NCBI GenBank assembly: GCA_965652295.1
Contig: CBFGTS010000015.1
Coordinates: 32,001 to 96,000 of the forward strand
Length of the DNA stretch: 64,000 nucleotides
Direction: 5' to 3'
Source: an uncultured Haloferula sp.
Lineage (GTDB): Bacteria > Verrucomicrobiota > Verrucomicrobiia > Verrucomicrobiales > Akkermansiaceae
Below are positions 1-10,885 of this stretch, in pieces. Within the stretch, counting starts at the first letter, position 1. The number at the start of each line of letters is the position of its first letter. A model generated the notes under the pieces. That model saw only the letters and a program-made list of their open reading frames with translations. It was not told the DNA's origin and made no database searches. Both the position numbers and the translations under genes were made by a program.

Positions 1-92
1 GCCGCACGAAACCGATCGTCCCCAGGAAAGGGGCCTCAATTCCCTGAACATCTGCGAAAACCCGCGTTCATCCGCGGTTCGCTTCCCGAAAT

Positions 93-1514
93 CTACGCCG
101 CTCCCTTGCCGAACAGCACCGCCGGCACCGTCTTCGCGAGGATCTTCACATCCAGCCAGAACGACCAGTTGTCGATGTATTCAAGATCCATCCGCACCCA
201 CTCCTCAAAGGAGGTGATTCGGTTCCGTCCCCCCGCCTGCCACTCACAGGTGATGCCCGGCTTCACACTAAGCCGACGCCGATGCGCCGACTTCTCGAAA
301 GCCTCGACCTCGTAGAGAGGCAATGGCCGCGGGCCCACCAAGCTCATATCGCCGAGGAGCACGTTGAGAAGCTGCGGCAGCTCGTCGATGCTCAGCTTCC
401 GCAAGAAGCCCCCAAAGGCGAAAATCCGCGGATCCCGCTGGAGCTTGAAAACCGGCCCGTCCATCTCGTTGCCCTGCTCCTCCTTGATCTTCGCGAGCAG
501 CGCTTCGGCATCCGCCACCATGGTGCGGAACTTCCACATCCGGAAGGGCTTGCCATACCGACCCGCTCGCTTCTGGGCGAAAAACGCCGGAGCACCCGGA
601 CTTGAGAGCTTGATGCCCACCCAAGCGAAAATCCACAGCGGCAGCGTGGCCAGGATCAGTCCCAGAGCACCAATCCTGTCGAGCACCGTCTTCATCGCCA
701 GCTCCCAGGAAAGCTCCGGGGTGGACCGCAGCACCAGCATCGGCTGGTCACCCAAAATATCGAAGGTCGGCCGCGCGATCTGGGTCCGGATGAACGAGGC
801 CGCCACCCACGCCTCCACTCCTTGGAGTTCACAGGCTTCCACGGCCGCGGACACCCTCTCGAAGGAGCTGGCGCCCGCGGCGATGATTACCCGCTCGACC
901 GCATGCTCCTTCAGGAGCTGATAGAGGTCTTCGACGGTCTTCGTCTCAAGATCGAAGCGTTCGACAACATAAAACCCTTCAAGAATGTCCGAGGCGGTCG
1001 TGGATTCAAAGTCCGCGATCTCTGCGAGCGAACCCGCGATCAGAACGGGCTCCCTGCCTTCCGGTCTCACCTTCCGATTCCGCAGATAGTGGGTCGTGAT
1101 GCGGTCCCGCGTGAACAGCAGAAGAAACGAAAACGTGAAACCCGAAGCCAGAATCAAGCGGCTGGCACCGAATCGCTCCCCCTCCAAGGGTTTGGCGAAA
1201 AGGCTGACCATTCCCAGTCCTAGTCCGAGAATCGCCAACGCCCGAAAGAGCTGAGAGAGCGACTTGACAGTGGATTTGATTCTGAGCCGCCGGTAGAACC
1301 TGAACCACTCCAGCAACAGCGGCGTAAAAGGAACGGCGACAAACAAGACCCACGTCATCTGCTCCAAGCCAGCTACGGAAGTGGCTGGCTGTCCGAGCCA
1401 ATGCCGAATCACAGGTCGGAATGCCGATGCGATCCAGAAGCAAGTCCACACGATGCCAGCGTCCAACAGTTGGAGCATTTGGATCGACAGCGCTTCTTTT
1501 CTACCGATGACCAT
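93..1514 (-). CDS. Priming undecaprenyl-phosphate sugar transferase (WcaJ/WbaP family)
   Basis: N-terminal TM helices; C-terminal Bac_transf motifs KFRTM, DPRI, SIDELPQLLNVLLGDMSLVGPRP, KPGIT, D..YI.NWS. Confidence 0.93.
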   Translation of the reverse strand: MVIGRKEALSIQMLQLLDAGIVWTCFWIASAFRPVIRHWLGQPATSVAGLEQMTWVLFVAVPFTPLLLEWFRFYRRLRIKSTVKSLSQLFRALAILGLGLGMVSLFAKPLEGERFGASRLILASGFTFSFLLLFTRDRITTHYLRNRKVRPEGREPVLIAGSLAEIADFESTTASDILEGFYVVERFDLETKTVEDLYQLLKEHAVERVIIAAGASSFERVSAAVEACELQGVEAWVAASFIRTQIARPTFDILGDQPMLVLRSTPELSWELAMKTVLDRIGALGLILATLPLWIFAWVGIKLSSPGAPAFFAQKRAGRYGKPFRMWKFRTMVADAEALLAKIKEEQGNEMDGPVFKLQRDPRIFAFGGFLRKLSIDELPQLLNVLLGDMSLVGPRPLPLYEVEAFEKSAHRRRLSVKPGITCEWQAGGRNRITSFEEWVRMDLEYIDNWSFWLDVKILAKTVPAVLFGKGAA

Positions 1515-1555
1515 GGAAAAAACCTATCGCGAGCTTTGCCTCAGGAAACAAGTCT

Positions 1556-3106
1556 TCAAACAGGCGCTCCTACCCGACCTCCGGCACCCTCCCGCTGAGA
1601 AGGAACTGTGCTGACAGGAGAACGACCGACCGACGTGCCACCCCTCCGGGGGTGGTGGACGATCATTGCCGCAGCCACCCCCATAAACGCATAGAAAAAC
1701 ACATTCACGGGGTACACTCGGAGCTGGGCAGGACTGGCAAGAGCGCCGGAAGCAATTCCCATCGCGCAAGCCATCGCCACAATCGCGATCCGCCGAGCAG
1801 GAACCGGCGCGATACTCAAAATGCGGTGGTGCATGTAGGTAAGCCCCGCACCCCCGACGATCAGCAAGCTGAACAAAGGAACGTATCCAATCCGAACCAG
1901 ATAGTCGGTGATCGCATCATGGATTCGGAAATACTCCCGGGGATCCTGGCGTCCCGCAGCTGCGATGCCGAAGGGAGTCCAAATCTCCTTATTGTTTTTG
2001 AGAAAGCTGAAACTCTCGAAGCGAGCGTTCAAGGTGCCCATGGTGGCGGTCCGTTCGGAGCGAGCATCGCCCACCGTCTCGTCGGTCATGGAGCTTTCAA
2101 GATTTGCCATAGCTCTCGACTCCAAAAGGTAGTCCGAGGCCAAGATCAGGGTAACCGCCACCGCAACTCCAGACGAATAAGCGAGCACGGTCGTCAGACG
2201 CGTTCTGAACATCACTGCTGCTCCGGCAGCAACCACCCCACACAGCCAACCGGTGCGGCTGACCGTGAACCAAGCCGCGATGACAAAAAGGGCGACGATA
2301 AGAAAGCCCGTTACCCGATGGGAATGTTTCAGTCCGCCTAATTTGCCGCTAATCCCCCATGCCATGACCGCAAAAACTGACATGACGATGGAGACCGTCT
2401 GCGCCGCGTTCATGGTGGAAAATGGTCGTAGCACTTCCTGCTCCCACAGAATCCGGGACTCAATGGACAAGCCTGTGAGCAAATACGCATACTCCAGATC
2501 GCTCAGCCCGAAGGCTGCCTGCCAGCAAGTATAAAGCGCCACCGGAATGTAGGTTAAGACCGTGATCCGCAGGAGCTTGAGCTGCGCTTCTGGACTAGGG
2601 AAGAGAATTGGCACCACGAACAACATCGGAATGTAGGCCCCGGCGTTGACGACGCCGGCAATCCCCTCTTGGGACTCGCCCCCGCCGGAGGAAAGGAGCG
2701 CGGCCCCGCCAAGAATGGTAAAGCCGAGAATACTAATCCCGTACAACCACCAATAGCTTGCGCGGGAGGAAAAGCTCCCTCTGAACAAGCCCGCGGTCAC
2801 ACCAATGCAGATTCCGAGCATCACTGCAGGCGCCATTCCCAGGGTATAGTAAAGATCGAGGCCCGAAACGTAATCTCCCAGAACCAAAAGGCGCTTGAAA
2901 GCATCAAGATACGCGGTGAGGCCGATGAGCACGTAGAATCCCCCCTTCGGATTGAGGATCGCGAATGCACCCAAGCCGAGCATCCCGAACTTCCCGAGCT
3001 GGCCAATCACATTCCCGCCTCCGGTCAGCACCGTTGCCCCCACCCACAGCGCGAGTCCGAGGGCCAATACCAGAAAAACGATTCTGCCGACAAGATTGGA
3101 ATTCAT
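1556..3106 (-). CDS. Polytopic membrane protein, probable Wzy polymerase / O-antigen ligase family
   Basis: Many TM segments, TVSRTGW motif, periplasmic loop with R...H; start taken at MNSNLV. Confidence 0.7.
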   Translation of the reverse strand: MNSNLVGRIVFLVLALGLALWVGATVLTGGGNVIGQLGKFGMLGLGAFAILNPKGGFYVLIGLTAYLDAFKRLLVLGDYVSGLDLYYTLGMAPAVMLGICIGVTAGLFRGSFSSRASYWWLYGISILGFTILGGAALLSSGGGESQEGIAGVVNAGAYIPMLFVVPILFPSPEAQLKLLRITVLTYIPVALYTCWQAAFGLSDLEYAYLLTGLSIESRILWEQEVLRPFSTMNAAQTVSIVMSVFAVMAWGISGKLGGLKHSHRVTGFLIVALFVIAAWFTVSRTGWLCGVVAAGAAVMFRTRLTTVLAYSSGVAVAVTLILASDYLLESRAMANLESSMTDETVGDARSERTATMGTLNARFESFSFLKNNKEIWTPFGIAAAGRQDPREYFRIHDAITDYLVRIGYVPLFSLLIVGGAGLTYMHHRILSIAPVPARRIAIVAMACAMGIASGALASPAQLRVYPVNVFFYAFMGVAAAMIVHHPRRGGTSVGRSPVSTVPSQREGAGGRVGAPV

Positions 3107-3125
3107 AAGATCAAGCGGGCAGCGA

Positions 3126-3851
3126 CTACGATGCCCCTTCGAGAAATGCCCTGTAAGCAGTGGTCGCCCGCCCGACAAGCATCGAATAGCGGCCTTCTTC
3201 CAACTCCTTTCGGATCCGGTTGCTCAGATCCTTCCGCGACGGTGAAGGTCTTGCAACTTGAGATTCCGTGGTGGTGTCCTTTTTATTCACGCGGCGGTCC
3301 ATTTCCTCCACCAACCTGAAGCAGCGATTCAGCGTCTCGGGTCTGGAGCCAAGCGGAGCGAGATCCATTCCATAATGGGAACTGACGCGCGCTAAAACCG
3401 CGTCGAATTTATCCGTCACCTCTTGAAATTCGGCCGTGACGAAATGCTCTTTTAGCGGCCGCAGCGTCTCGTAGAATCGCACGTAAGCTTTCAAACACTG
3501 CTCAAGGCGCAAATGCGGCGAAAAAACCTTGAGGGAAGATATCGCATCCCGCGGCTCGCGGATCAGGACTAAAACCGGGACTTTCAGCCTCAGTGCACGT
3601 CGCACGTTGCCTGCCAAATGGCTGTGACGGCCTAGATGCGAGTCAAAGTCGTTCTGCGAGACCCGGAAGGCAGCCACCGCGTAGGTATTGGCCGAACGAG
3701 GGTAGCCTTCGATGCAAACTCGCGAGTCGGACCGAACCAATCCTTCACCCCACCCTCCCAGCCGGGCAAGGAGGGCGGCGCCCCGCTCCCCCTCCCCCAG
3801 CGCTTCTCGAATATTGAAGCGCGTCCTCAACCACGCATTTTTCAAGCTCAT
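3126..3851 (-). CDS. Putative PAPS-dependent sulfotransferase
   Basis: 5'-PSB-like IEGYPRSANTY and 3'-PB-like VLIREPRDAISS motifs; start taken at MSLKNAW. Confidence 0.72.
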   Translation of the reverse strand: MSLKNAWLRTRFNIREALGEGERGAALLARLGGWGEGLVRSDSRVCIEGYPRSANTYAVAAFRVSQNDFDSHLGRHSHLAGNVRRALRLKVPVLVLIREPRDAISSLKVFSPHLRLEQCLKAYVRFYETLRPLKEHFVTAEFQEVTDKFDAVLARVSSHYGMDLAPLGSRPETLNRCFRLVEEMDRRVNKKDTTTESQVARPSPSRKDLSNRIRKELEEGRYSMLVGRATTAYRAFLEGAS

Positions 3852-3855
3852 CGGA

Positions 3856-4941
3856 TTACGATCTCCTGGTTTGTCGGGATGACAGGATTCTCTCATAAAA
3901 CCTTCCCTGCCGTTCCGCAATGCTCGCCCAGGAGAAGTCGCGGAGGATGCTCCGTCTCGCCTGACCCCGCCAAGCCTCTACCTCTTGTCGACTTCGTCCG
4001 CACAGGAAACGCGTCCTGCGCACCCAGGCATCAATGTCGGTCGCGTCCATCATCCAACCATTCACTCCCTCCACGACGACCTCTGGAAGCGAACTCTTCG
4101 GCTGAGCAATTACCGGGCACCCGCAGGCGATGGCCTCCAAAACGGTTAGCGGAAGGCCCTCATGTTCCGAGGGAAAAAGCAGTCCATCGGCGTGTTGAAG
4201 AAGGTTTCGGAGATGCAGTCGCGAAACTTTTCCCAAGTAGCTTACATTCGGCAGAGCGTCGATTCTATCCCGCGTTTGGCGCGACAGCTCGGTTTCAGGG
4301 TACGGATCGTTCCCGACCATCAGAAATCGCTGCTGCGGCATGCGGGAGGCAATTTCCAGAAATACCTCCGGATGCTTGCGGTCGAGGATCTGAGCTGCCC
4401 AGAGAAAAAATGGCTCACCCGGCACTCCGTCCGGACGCTCTCCAGCTGCTTCAGGCAAAACGTAGAACTCCTCGTCGAATCCGTTGGGAATGCAGTCGTC
4501 GCAGGATCGCCCAAACCACTTTCCCACGCCTTTTTCGACGGCACGGCTAACTGCCACGACATGATCGGCGCGCTTCACGGCTAAGCAATAGTGCCGGAGG
4601 TAAGGATCGGAACCGTACGGCTCACAATTCGCGGTGAAAACGTGGCGGGTACGTCCGAAGCTCCGCAACTTGGCCAGTCGCACCGCTGTTAGATTCCGTG
4701 GCGTCGCGGAGGCATGATGGACGACATCATAGCGCCGCAAAAGAACTCGTTCCGGCGTGGTTCGATAGAGATGTGGCAATGCCCAAAGCTTCGCCGCGCA
4801 TTCCTGGTCCTCCTCCGTCAGCGGGGAGGAGAAACTATGAAAGTCGATCTCTGGATTACCTTCCGCAATCTTACGGAGTAGCGTCGAGATCGGCGTTGCG
4901 ACTCGATCAAGCGAGATCGGCATCAATATAGTGGATCGCAT
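3856..4941 (-). CDS. Glycosyltransferase family 4
   Basis: IPNGFD, PSEHEGLPLTVLEAIACGCPVI, NGW motifs. Confidence 0.9.
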   Translation of the reverse strand: MRSTILMPISLDRVATPISTLLRKIAEGNPEIDFHSFSSPLTEEDQECAAKLWALPHLYRTTPERVLLRRYDVVHHASATPRNLTAVRLAKLRSFGRTRHVFTANCEPYGSDPYLRHYCLAVKRADHVVAVSRAVEKGVGKWFGRSCDDCIPNGFDEEFYVLPEAAGERPDGVPGEPFFLWAAQILDRKHPEVFLEIASRMPQQRFLMVGNDPYPETELSRQTRDRIDALPNVSYLGKVSRLHLRNLLQHADGLLFPSEHEGLPLTVLEAIACGCPVIAQPKSSLPEVVVEGVNGWMMDATDIDAWVRRTRFLCGRSRQEVEAWRGQARRSILRDFSWASIAERQGRFYERILSSRQTRRS

Positions 4942-4959
4942 GGTCGTCAAATCACTCCT

Positions 4960-7116
4960 TCATGGCGAGGCGGACGAATTGGTGCCAGGCCAGGAGTCCA
5001 TCAAGCGGAAGAAACTCCGGTCGAGGGAATCCGTCTTCACCTTCCACTCCTCGGCCAGATCTCGGCTACCCGGCTGGCCCAGAAACCTGGGTTGGACGTT
5101 CTCCCATGCCCTGAGTTCCAGTGACGGCAACTGGAGACTCTGTGAAAGCCACAGCCGCGCCGCGGTGCCAAGCCGAAGGGATCGATCTTGATGATACCAA
5201 AGCCCCCGTCGGAGACGAACCCAAATTTCAGGAATCCTCAGGGAACTTCTGGAAGTGGCCGTCAACGCAGGTGGGTCCCATATGGCAGGACGTGAGCCGG
5301 TGAAGAACTCAAGTCCGTTGCCAAGTGAATCCTGGTCCGGATTGTCATCGTAGGCCCAATCTTCAGGCTGAAGACCGGACCGCGCCATCCAGCTTAGATA
5401 GGTGTGATCTGCAGGATCAATGCCATCCGGAACACCCGCATCCCACACTCCCACTTCCACCTCCCGGCTTATTCTCCAGCCCGTGCCGTTCCAGACCCGG
5501 CAGCGATAGGTCCCGGCAAGATGCCCGGCTTGTGCCGGATCCTGCGGCACTTTGATCACCAGCCTGGGATTGTTGATTCCTTGGTATGCCGGATCCGCCT
5601 TCAGCCAAATTCCGTTCCTTGCCCAATGGCAGTACAGGTTGGGAGCACCCATCGCCTCTAGGGAAAGCTCGTAGCTACCGCCGGGAGCCATTTTCATCGG
5701 CTCGGGTTGAAGGTAGATTACCGGAGAATCCGGCAGATGCGCGGATTGCCAATTCCGCACCCGCTGATCAAACAGCTCGACCAGATCCGGGCGAGAGGAG
5801 GCCAGATTGATTCTCTCCTCCGCGTCGGCATCCAGATCGAACAACTCACACATCGAACCTGACCGGTCGGTCAAATATTTCCACGACCCCGCCATAAGAG
5901 CGATGGGAGGAGAATCGTATTCGGTCCCCACGATCAGATTCTCATAATACCAGAAGAGATCGCGCTCACGCGGCGCATCTTCCACTTCACCGGACACGAT
6001 ACCCGAGACATCCTCTCCATCCAAATCTTCGGGCACCCGAATGCCGGCCAACCCCAACGCGGTTGGATAAGCATCCACCCCGCAAAATGCATGCTGAATC
6101 CTCCTGCCCCCGGAAATTCGGCCTGGTGCCCACCAAAATCCGGGAACTCGGATTCCCCCTTCATACAGGCTTCGTTTCCTCCCACGAAGTCCCCCGGTAT
6201 CTCCGGTTCCAGGATTCGCCGCTGCTACGAGACGCCTGTCCTCCGGGCCATTGTCGGAGGTGAAAAAGATCACTGTGTCACCGGAAAGTTCCAATTCGTC
6301 CAATGTATCCACAATTTGGCCGACCGCTCGATCGATCCCTCCGACAAATGTCTGATAGACTCTGTGTCTTGCCTGGAAATCTGTCTCCCCCACTTCGTTA
6401 CGCAGAGATTCCATGTAGGCCGATGTCCATCCCGAATGATCTCCGGAGCGAGCTTCGAGATCGGCATAGGCAGCAAGATCCTGAGCATTCACCACGACAG
6501 GGGCGTGAACCGCCTGGAACCAGATATTGAGGAAGAACGGAACCTCGCGGTTTCTTCTCATAAACTCAAGCGCATCTGAGGTGATGGCCGCACTGGAAGC
6601 TCGAAAAAAGGCGTCGGAGTTCGGGTGATAGGTGACCGTGGATTTCTCCTCGTGAAACCCATAAGCCGTCGGCGACCATTCGCCCAAGTGCCACTTCCCG
6701 AAATGGCCGCAATGATAGCCCGCCCCAGCGAAACTCTCAGCGACCGTTTGCTGCGGTGTTAGCGGCCGCTGAAGCTGACCCCATCGAAAGTTGTTCGCCG
6801 GACTACTCAGGTAATTATTAAGCCCCACCGATTGGGGGAAAAAACCGGTCAAAATTCCAGCCCGGGCCGGACTGCATACGGGAGAGGCGCTGTAGCACCG
6901 ATCAAGAACTACCCCTTCCGCTGCGAGCTTATCCAGACGAGGCGTCCGTGCCAGCGAACTTCCCATAAAGCCTGTATCACGCCAGCCAAGATCATCAGCC
7001 ACGATGAACACCACGTTCGGCTGCTTCGCTCCTCCGACCGAGGCAAGTGCCACCCACATCAAGGGAGCCCCAACCATCGCTTTAAACGTTTTCCCGTAGC
7101 TCTTCATTATTCTCAT
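4960..7116 (-). CDS. Secreted S1 (formylglycine-dependent) sulfatase with Ig-like and C-terminal extension
   Basis: PNVVFIVADDLG, CSPARAG, GKWHLG, SDNG, YEGGIRVP; signal peptide; Ig-like domain (AGTYRCRVWN). Confidence 0.92.
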   Translation of the reverse strand: MRIMKSYGKTFKAMVGAPLMWVALASVGGAKQPNVVFIVADDLGWRDTGFMGSSLARTPRLDKLAAEGVVLDRCYSASPVCSPARAGILTGFFPQSVGLNNYLSSPANNFRWGQLQRPLTPQQTVAESFAGAGYHCGHFGKWHLGEWSPTAYGFHEEKSTVTYHPNSDAFFRASSAAITSDALEFMRRNREVPFFLNIWFQAVHAPVVVNAQDLAAYADLEARSGDHSGWTSAYMESLRNEVGETDFQARHRVYQTFVGGIDRAVGQIVDTLDELELSGDTVIFFTSDNGPEDRRLVAAANPGTGDTGGLRGRKRSLYEGGIRVPGFWWAPGRISGGRRIQHAFCGVDAYPTALGLAGIRVPEDLDGEDVSGIVSGEVEDAPRERDLFWYYENLIVGTEYDSPPIALMAGSWKYLTDRSGSMCELFDLDADAEERINLASSRPDLVELFDQRVRNWQSAHLPDSPVIYLQPEPMKMAPGGSYELSLEAMGAPNLYCHWARNGIWLKADPAYQGINNPRLVIKVPQDPAQAGHLAGTYRCRVWNGTGWRISREVEVGVWDAGVPDGIDPADHTYLSWMARSGLQPEDWAYDDNPDQDSLGNGLEFFTGSRPAIWDPPALTATSRSSLRIPEIWVRLRRGLWYHQDRSLRLGTAARLWLSQSLQLPSLELRAWENVQPRFLGQPGSRDLAEEWKVKTDSLDRSFFRLMDSWPGTNSSASP

Positions 7117-7167
7117 GAACTACACAATCTCCTCCACCCAATTTCAAACCCCTGGGCTGAATAAACC

Positions 7168-8277
7168 TTACAGTCTAGTAGAAACACCCCGAAGAAAATC
7201 TCGTGCGCCACCCAATAGCCCCTTCCAAATTAGGACTGCAACCACACAAAATCTCCTCTGCTTGAGACTATTCGCAACTTCATGACCTAAAATATACGCC
7301 TTGATCCTCCGATTTATCCCCAAATGATCAGTTACCTTATAAGAGCCGCTCAGCCTTCTCACGCTTAACCCAATCCATTCCTCCAACTCATGGGAAATTC
7401 CATTTTCATTCCTCATCTCGCCCAGCTTGAGCTCCAGCTCTTTTGCCAAGGAATCATTCATGCGTCCCCGTCGCCGAGCTTCCGCGATAATTTTGGCACA
7501 TTTAAGGTGACGGTGAATTGATTCGTCTAATAATTCTGAAAAAATCCCAGATTCGAGACGCTCCACAACCGAAAGATGGCCCCCAGCCATCGACAACGCA
7601 CTTGAGGCTCCTAGAGAATGACGTCTGTAGTAACCTACAAAGCTTGGCACAACAGGGATCTTCATCCTAAACTTTTGAAACGCCCTTACATACAACTCAT
7701 ACTCTTCCCAGTGCCTAAGGGACTCAGAGAATGGCCCGACAGACAATAGCATCTCTCTCCGCCACAAGGCTCCTAACGTCGCAATCGGATTACCGTATAA
7801 TATCGCTTTACTGGGCTCACTCGAAAAAGCCTGTAATGCTTCAAGACTTTCTCTTTGACGCAACTTCCCCCGACAACCGCGACGCAATAAGTTTCCTCTC
7901 GAATCCAGATCCCCCACCACACCAACAGCACAAACAGCTTCCGGATTCTCGACCAGGGATTGATATAGCGAATAAATTCCAGTTGTTGAAGTTATATCAT
8001 CTGCATCCAAAAAGTATACGAAATCTCCGGAAGCATGGTTCAATCCACTATTCCGGGCGGCATTTACACCTCTGTTTTCTTGCCTGATTAATGAAAATCT
8101 GCTATCCAAGAGCGCGATCTGCGTTACGACTTCGCCTGTACCATCTACTGATCCGTCATCAACCACGATACATTCGAAGCTCTCAAACGTCTGCGATTTC
8201 AAAGAAAGAAGTGTATCCTGAATATATCGAGCCGCATTGAACGCTGGCACAATAACACTAACAACAAACGACGCCAT
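7168..8277 (-). CDS. Glycosyltransferase family 2
   Basis: VSVIVPAFN, VVDDGSVD, ARNSGL, FLDADD. Confidence 0.92.
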   Translation of the reverse strand: MASFVVSVIVPAFNAARYIQDTLLSLKSQTFESFECIVVDDGSVDGTGEVVTQIALLDSRFSLIRQENRGVNAARNSGLNHASGDFVYFLDADDITSTTGIYSLYQSLVENPEAVCAVGVVGDLDSRGNLLRRGCRGKLRQRESLEALQAFSSEPSKAILYGNPIATLGALWRREMLLSVGPFSESLRHWEEYELYVRAFQKFRMKIPVVPSFVGYYRRHSLGASSALSMAGGHLSVVERLESGIFSELLDESIHRHLKCAKIIAEARRRGRMNDSLAKELELKLGEMRNENGISHELEEWIGLSVRRLSGSYKVTDHLGINRRIKAYILGHEVANSLKQRRFCVVAVLIWKGLLGGARDFLRGVSTRL

Positions 8278-8351
8278 ATGCTAAATTTTCTGATAAAACG
8301 AAAACCATGCGAAAACATCCAGGATATCAATCGACGTGGTTAGGTATATCA

Positions 8352-9221
8352 TTACTGTTTTTTGCCCAAACCAGCAATCGCCGCATCGAAGGCTTTTCCG
8401 AGCCGATCAACCACCTCCAGAACCAAGTCCGCCGGTGGTGCGACACAGGCCTCCTCACATTCGGAAATAGTTCGGTCGCAATCAAACGCTAAAGGATATG
8501 GATCCATATCAAAAACTGAAAAATAGTCTCTGAACTTATAACCATCGCCGACAACCAGTTTCGAAAATTGGGCCCAAGCGGATGGAATCCCGAAAGAATG
8601 CGCACAAATGACCCCATGCAGCGAAGAAGAAACGACAGCCCGACAACGCGATATATCTTCAAGAACTGCGTCAACAGGCCTTTCGACATCAATAACTAAA
8701 ATTTCATTAGGATACTTATCAACGAATCGACCAAGATACGGATTATGCTTGTCGACATAATGAGGGACGATGCCTATTCTTCCAGAAGGATTGAGATCAC
8801 CTGCTACTTTTTGTTGGAATCTAGATGCGACCAATAGCCCCGGATCGCCTAACTCTATGGTATCCGGCGTGTCGAGAGCCGCTCGCGTCAGCTTTCCACG
8901 GACCGCGATAATCTTCGCACGTTTGAAATTTCTCTTTTCTGTAGGCTGCCGAATAAACCCAGAACCGATGACTGTTCCTCTAAAAGACTCCGGAAGAAGT
9001 TCCAGGATACTTCCAGTTGCAGCGATTGAAGCATTCGCGGGACATCTCCAAACACCGCATTTCCCTAATCCATCTAGCAGCCATGGAGTGATTAGGTCCC
9101 CGAAGTTGACCCGCCCCTTCCACCAATATGCGCCGACGGCACTGGGAATCATATGTTCTAAAATTCCCCAGTAAGCGTCAACGCAACCCGCTTTAAGCAT
9201 TTTATAGTTCGATAGCATCAT
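8352..9221 (-). CDS. Polysaccharide pyruvyl transferase family (ExoV-like)
   Basis: NFGDL, GSIL, AVRGKLT, GDPGLL, SSSLHG, KFRDYF. Confidence 0.85.
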   Translation of the reverse strand: MMLSNYKMLKAGCVDAYWGILEHMIPSAVGAYWWKGRVNFGDLITPWLLDGLGKCGVWRCPANASIAATGSILELLPESFRGTVIGSGFIRQPTEKRNFKRAKIIAVRGKLTRAALDTPDTIELGDPGLLVASRFQQKVAGDLNPSGRIGIVPHYVDKHNPYLGRFVDKYPNEILVIDVERPVDAVLEDISRCRAVVSSSLHGVICAHSFGIPSAWAQFSKLVVGDGYKFRDYFSVFDMDPYPLAFDCDRTISECEEACVAPPADLVLEVVDRLGKAFDAAIAGLGKKQ

Positions 9222-9282
9222 GGCTTTGCGGTCTCCACTGAGTCGAAAGAGCTTTTACATTTGTGAGGACGTTCCTCAAAAA

Positions 9283-10842
9283 TTAGTTCCCGTGCTTGTC
9301 AGCTCGGCCAACTAATAGCTTGAAAAGGGGCAGCCGTCTTACAAAAGACTTCAATCTATATTTTGGACCCAGCCGCTTGCACACGGCATGGATGCTATAT
9401 ACTAGCGAAGCACCGAATACGAAGCTGTTGACTAAAACGGCGGGCCAGCCGTCAATGAGTTGGTTCGCCACAACGGCAGGGGCAGCGAAAGCGAGCGGAA
9501 CAAACACTACCGCCAATGTTTGAGGATCAAATCGGAATCCGGACAAGCGCCGACCGATAACATATACCGTAGCAGCGTGGACGATAATGTGAATCACAAA
9601 GGCGTACCCGACAGCAGCGAGGCCCATCGATGGGAGAAGCAGCACAATCAGCCCGAGATGGACTACGTTGGCTTCTGTCTGGCCAAAATACATCCAGATC
9701 GCCGCTCCCTTCACGCGCTGGATCATGCCGAGCGGGTTCATTATCATCATCCCGTACACCCCAGCTACGAACCAAGGTAGCAAATCGGCTCCAGGAAGAA
9801 ACGCAGCCGAGTAGAAGAGCCTGATCGCCCACGGACCGAAGGCTATTGTACCAATTGTGCCAGGTAGAGCGAGCAGGATCCCAATTTCGATCTGCTCGTT
9901 TGCGAGCTGATTAACCTTCTCGTCATCATGCGAAACAGCCACAAGGCGCGGATAAAAATCCGTCCCCATTGCAAGCAGGATAAAGCTTCCGAAAAGTCCG
10001 GAGAGCGACCAAGCCGCCTGGTAGATGCCGTTCCCCTCGACCCCAAAATCTCGAATAATTAAAGACCGTATTATCAATGCAACTATGGCTGCCAAAACCG
10101 CTCCATACATAAAAGCTAATCCCAATTTTATGAGACGCTTTGAATTAATTAAGGTTTCCAACCATGGTTGAGGCAATGATTCAATCTTGATCCGGCGAGA
10201 AAAATACCACGAAAACCCGAGATTTACGATCGCCGTCAGAACAATAACGGGGACAATTCCCCTTTGCCCGAGCCAAGCATACAGGGCCATTGCCAGGATC
10301 AACGTCAAAATGGCGGAAAATACTTGAACCCGTGCGAGATCACCGATTCGACGCATTCCCTGTAGAAGCGCCGACTGCCCACCCGCGACCGAGCCGATCA
10401 AAGCGGTAGATCCCAATAAAATCACCGCCCAAATTCTCTCCATGGAACCGAATGTCCATTGAGTGAGCGGACCAGCAAGAGCAGCAGTCAGGACCCACCC
10501 AATAATTCCGGAAATCCAACAGGTTCGCCGCAAGGTTTTTACGACAGCTCCAACGCGCTGTCGATTCCCGCTGCCATTGGCTTCTGCGACTTCACGAACA
10601 CCACTTTGATTAATGCCAAGTTGTGCAACGGTATTGACCAATCCCACAATCGATTGGTAGAGCCCGACAACTCCGACGCCTGATGGACCGAGAAGCATGG
10701 CGACAACCTTCATTCGAGCCAAGCTGATGAGGTAGCCTATCCCTTGAGCACCTCCAACGATGGACGATGAACGGAGAATTTGACTATAGCTCGTTCCGAC
10801 CGTTTCCGGCGGCGCTTCTTTCTCAGGAGGAATCGAACACAT
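9283..10842 (-). CDS. wzx: O-antigen/polysaccharide flippase
   Basis: About 12 TM; SSIVGGAQ..K.VA.LLGPSGVG and MGTDFYPRL signatures; start approximate. Confidence 0.85.
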   Translation of the reverse strand: MCSIPPEKEAPPETVGTSYSQILRSSSIVGGAQGIGYLISLARMKVVAMLLGPSGVGVVGLYQSIVGLVNTVAQLGINQSGVREVAEANGSGNRQRVGAVVKTLRRTCWISGIIGWVLTAALAGPLTQWTFGSMERIWAVILLGSTALIGSVAGGQSALLQGMRRIGDLARVQVFSAILTLILAMALYAWLGQRGIVPVIVLTAIVNLGFSWYFSRRIKIESLPQPWLETLINSKRLIKLGLAFMYGAVLAAIVALIIRSLIIRDFGVEGNGIYQAAWSLSGLFGSFILLAMGTDFYPRLVAVSHDDEKVNQLANEQIEIGILLALPGTIGTIAFGPWAIRLFYSAAFLPGADLLPWFVAGVYGMMIMNPLGMIQRVKGAAIWMYFGQTEANVVHLGLIVLLLPSMGLAAVGYAFVIHIIVHAATVYVIGRRLSGFRFDPQTLAVVFVPLAFAAPAVVANQLIDGWPAVLVNSFVFGASLVYSIHAVCKRLGPKYRLKSFVRRLPLFKLLVGRADKHGN

Positions 10843-10885
10843 CACATTGCTTGGAAGCCGTCTTCTCAGAAGAGGGCGGCTACGG

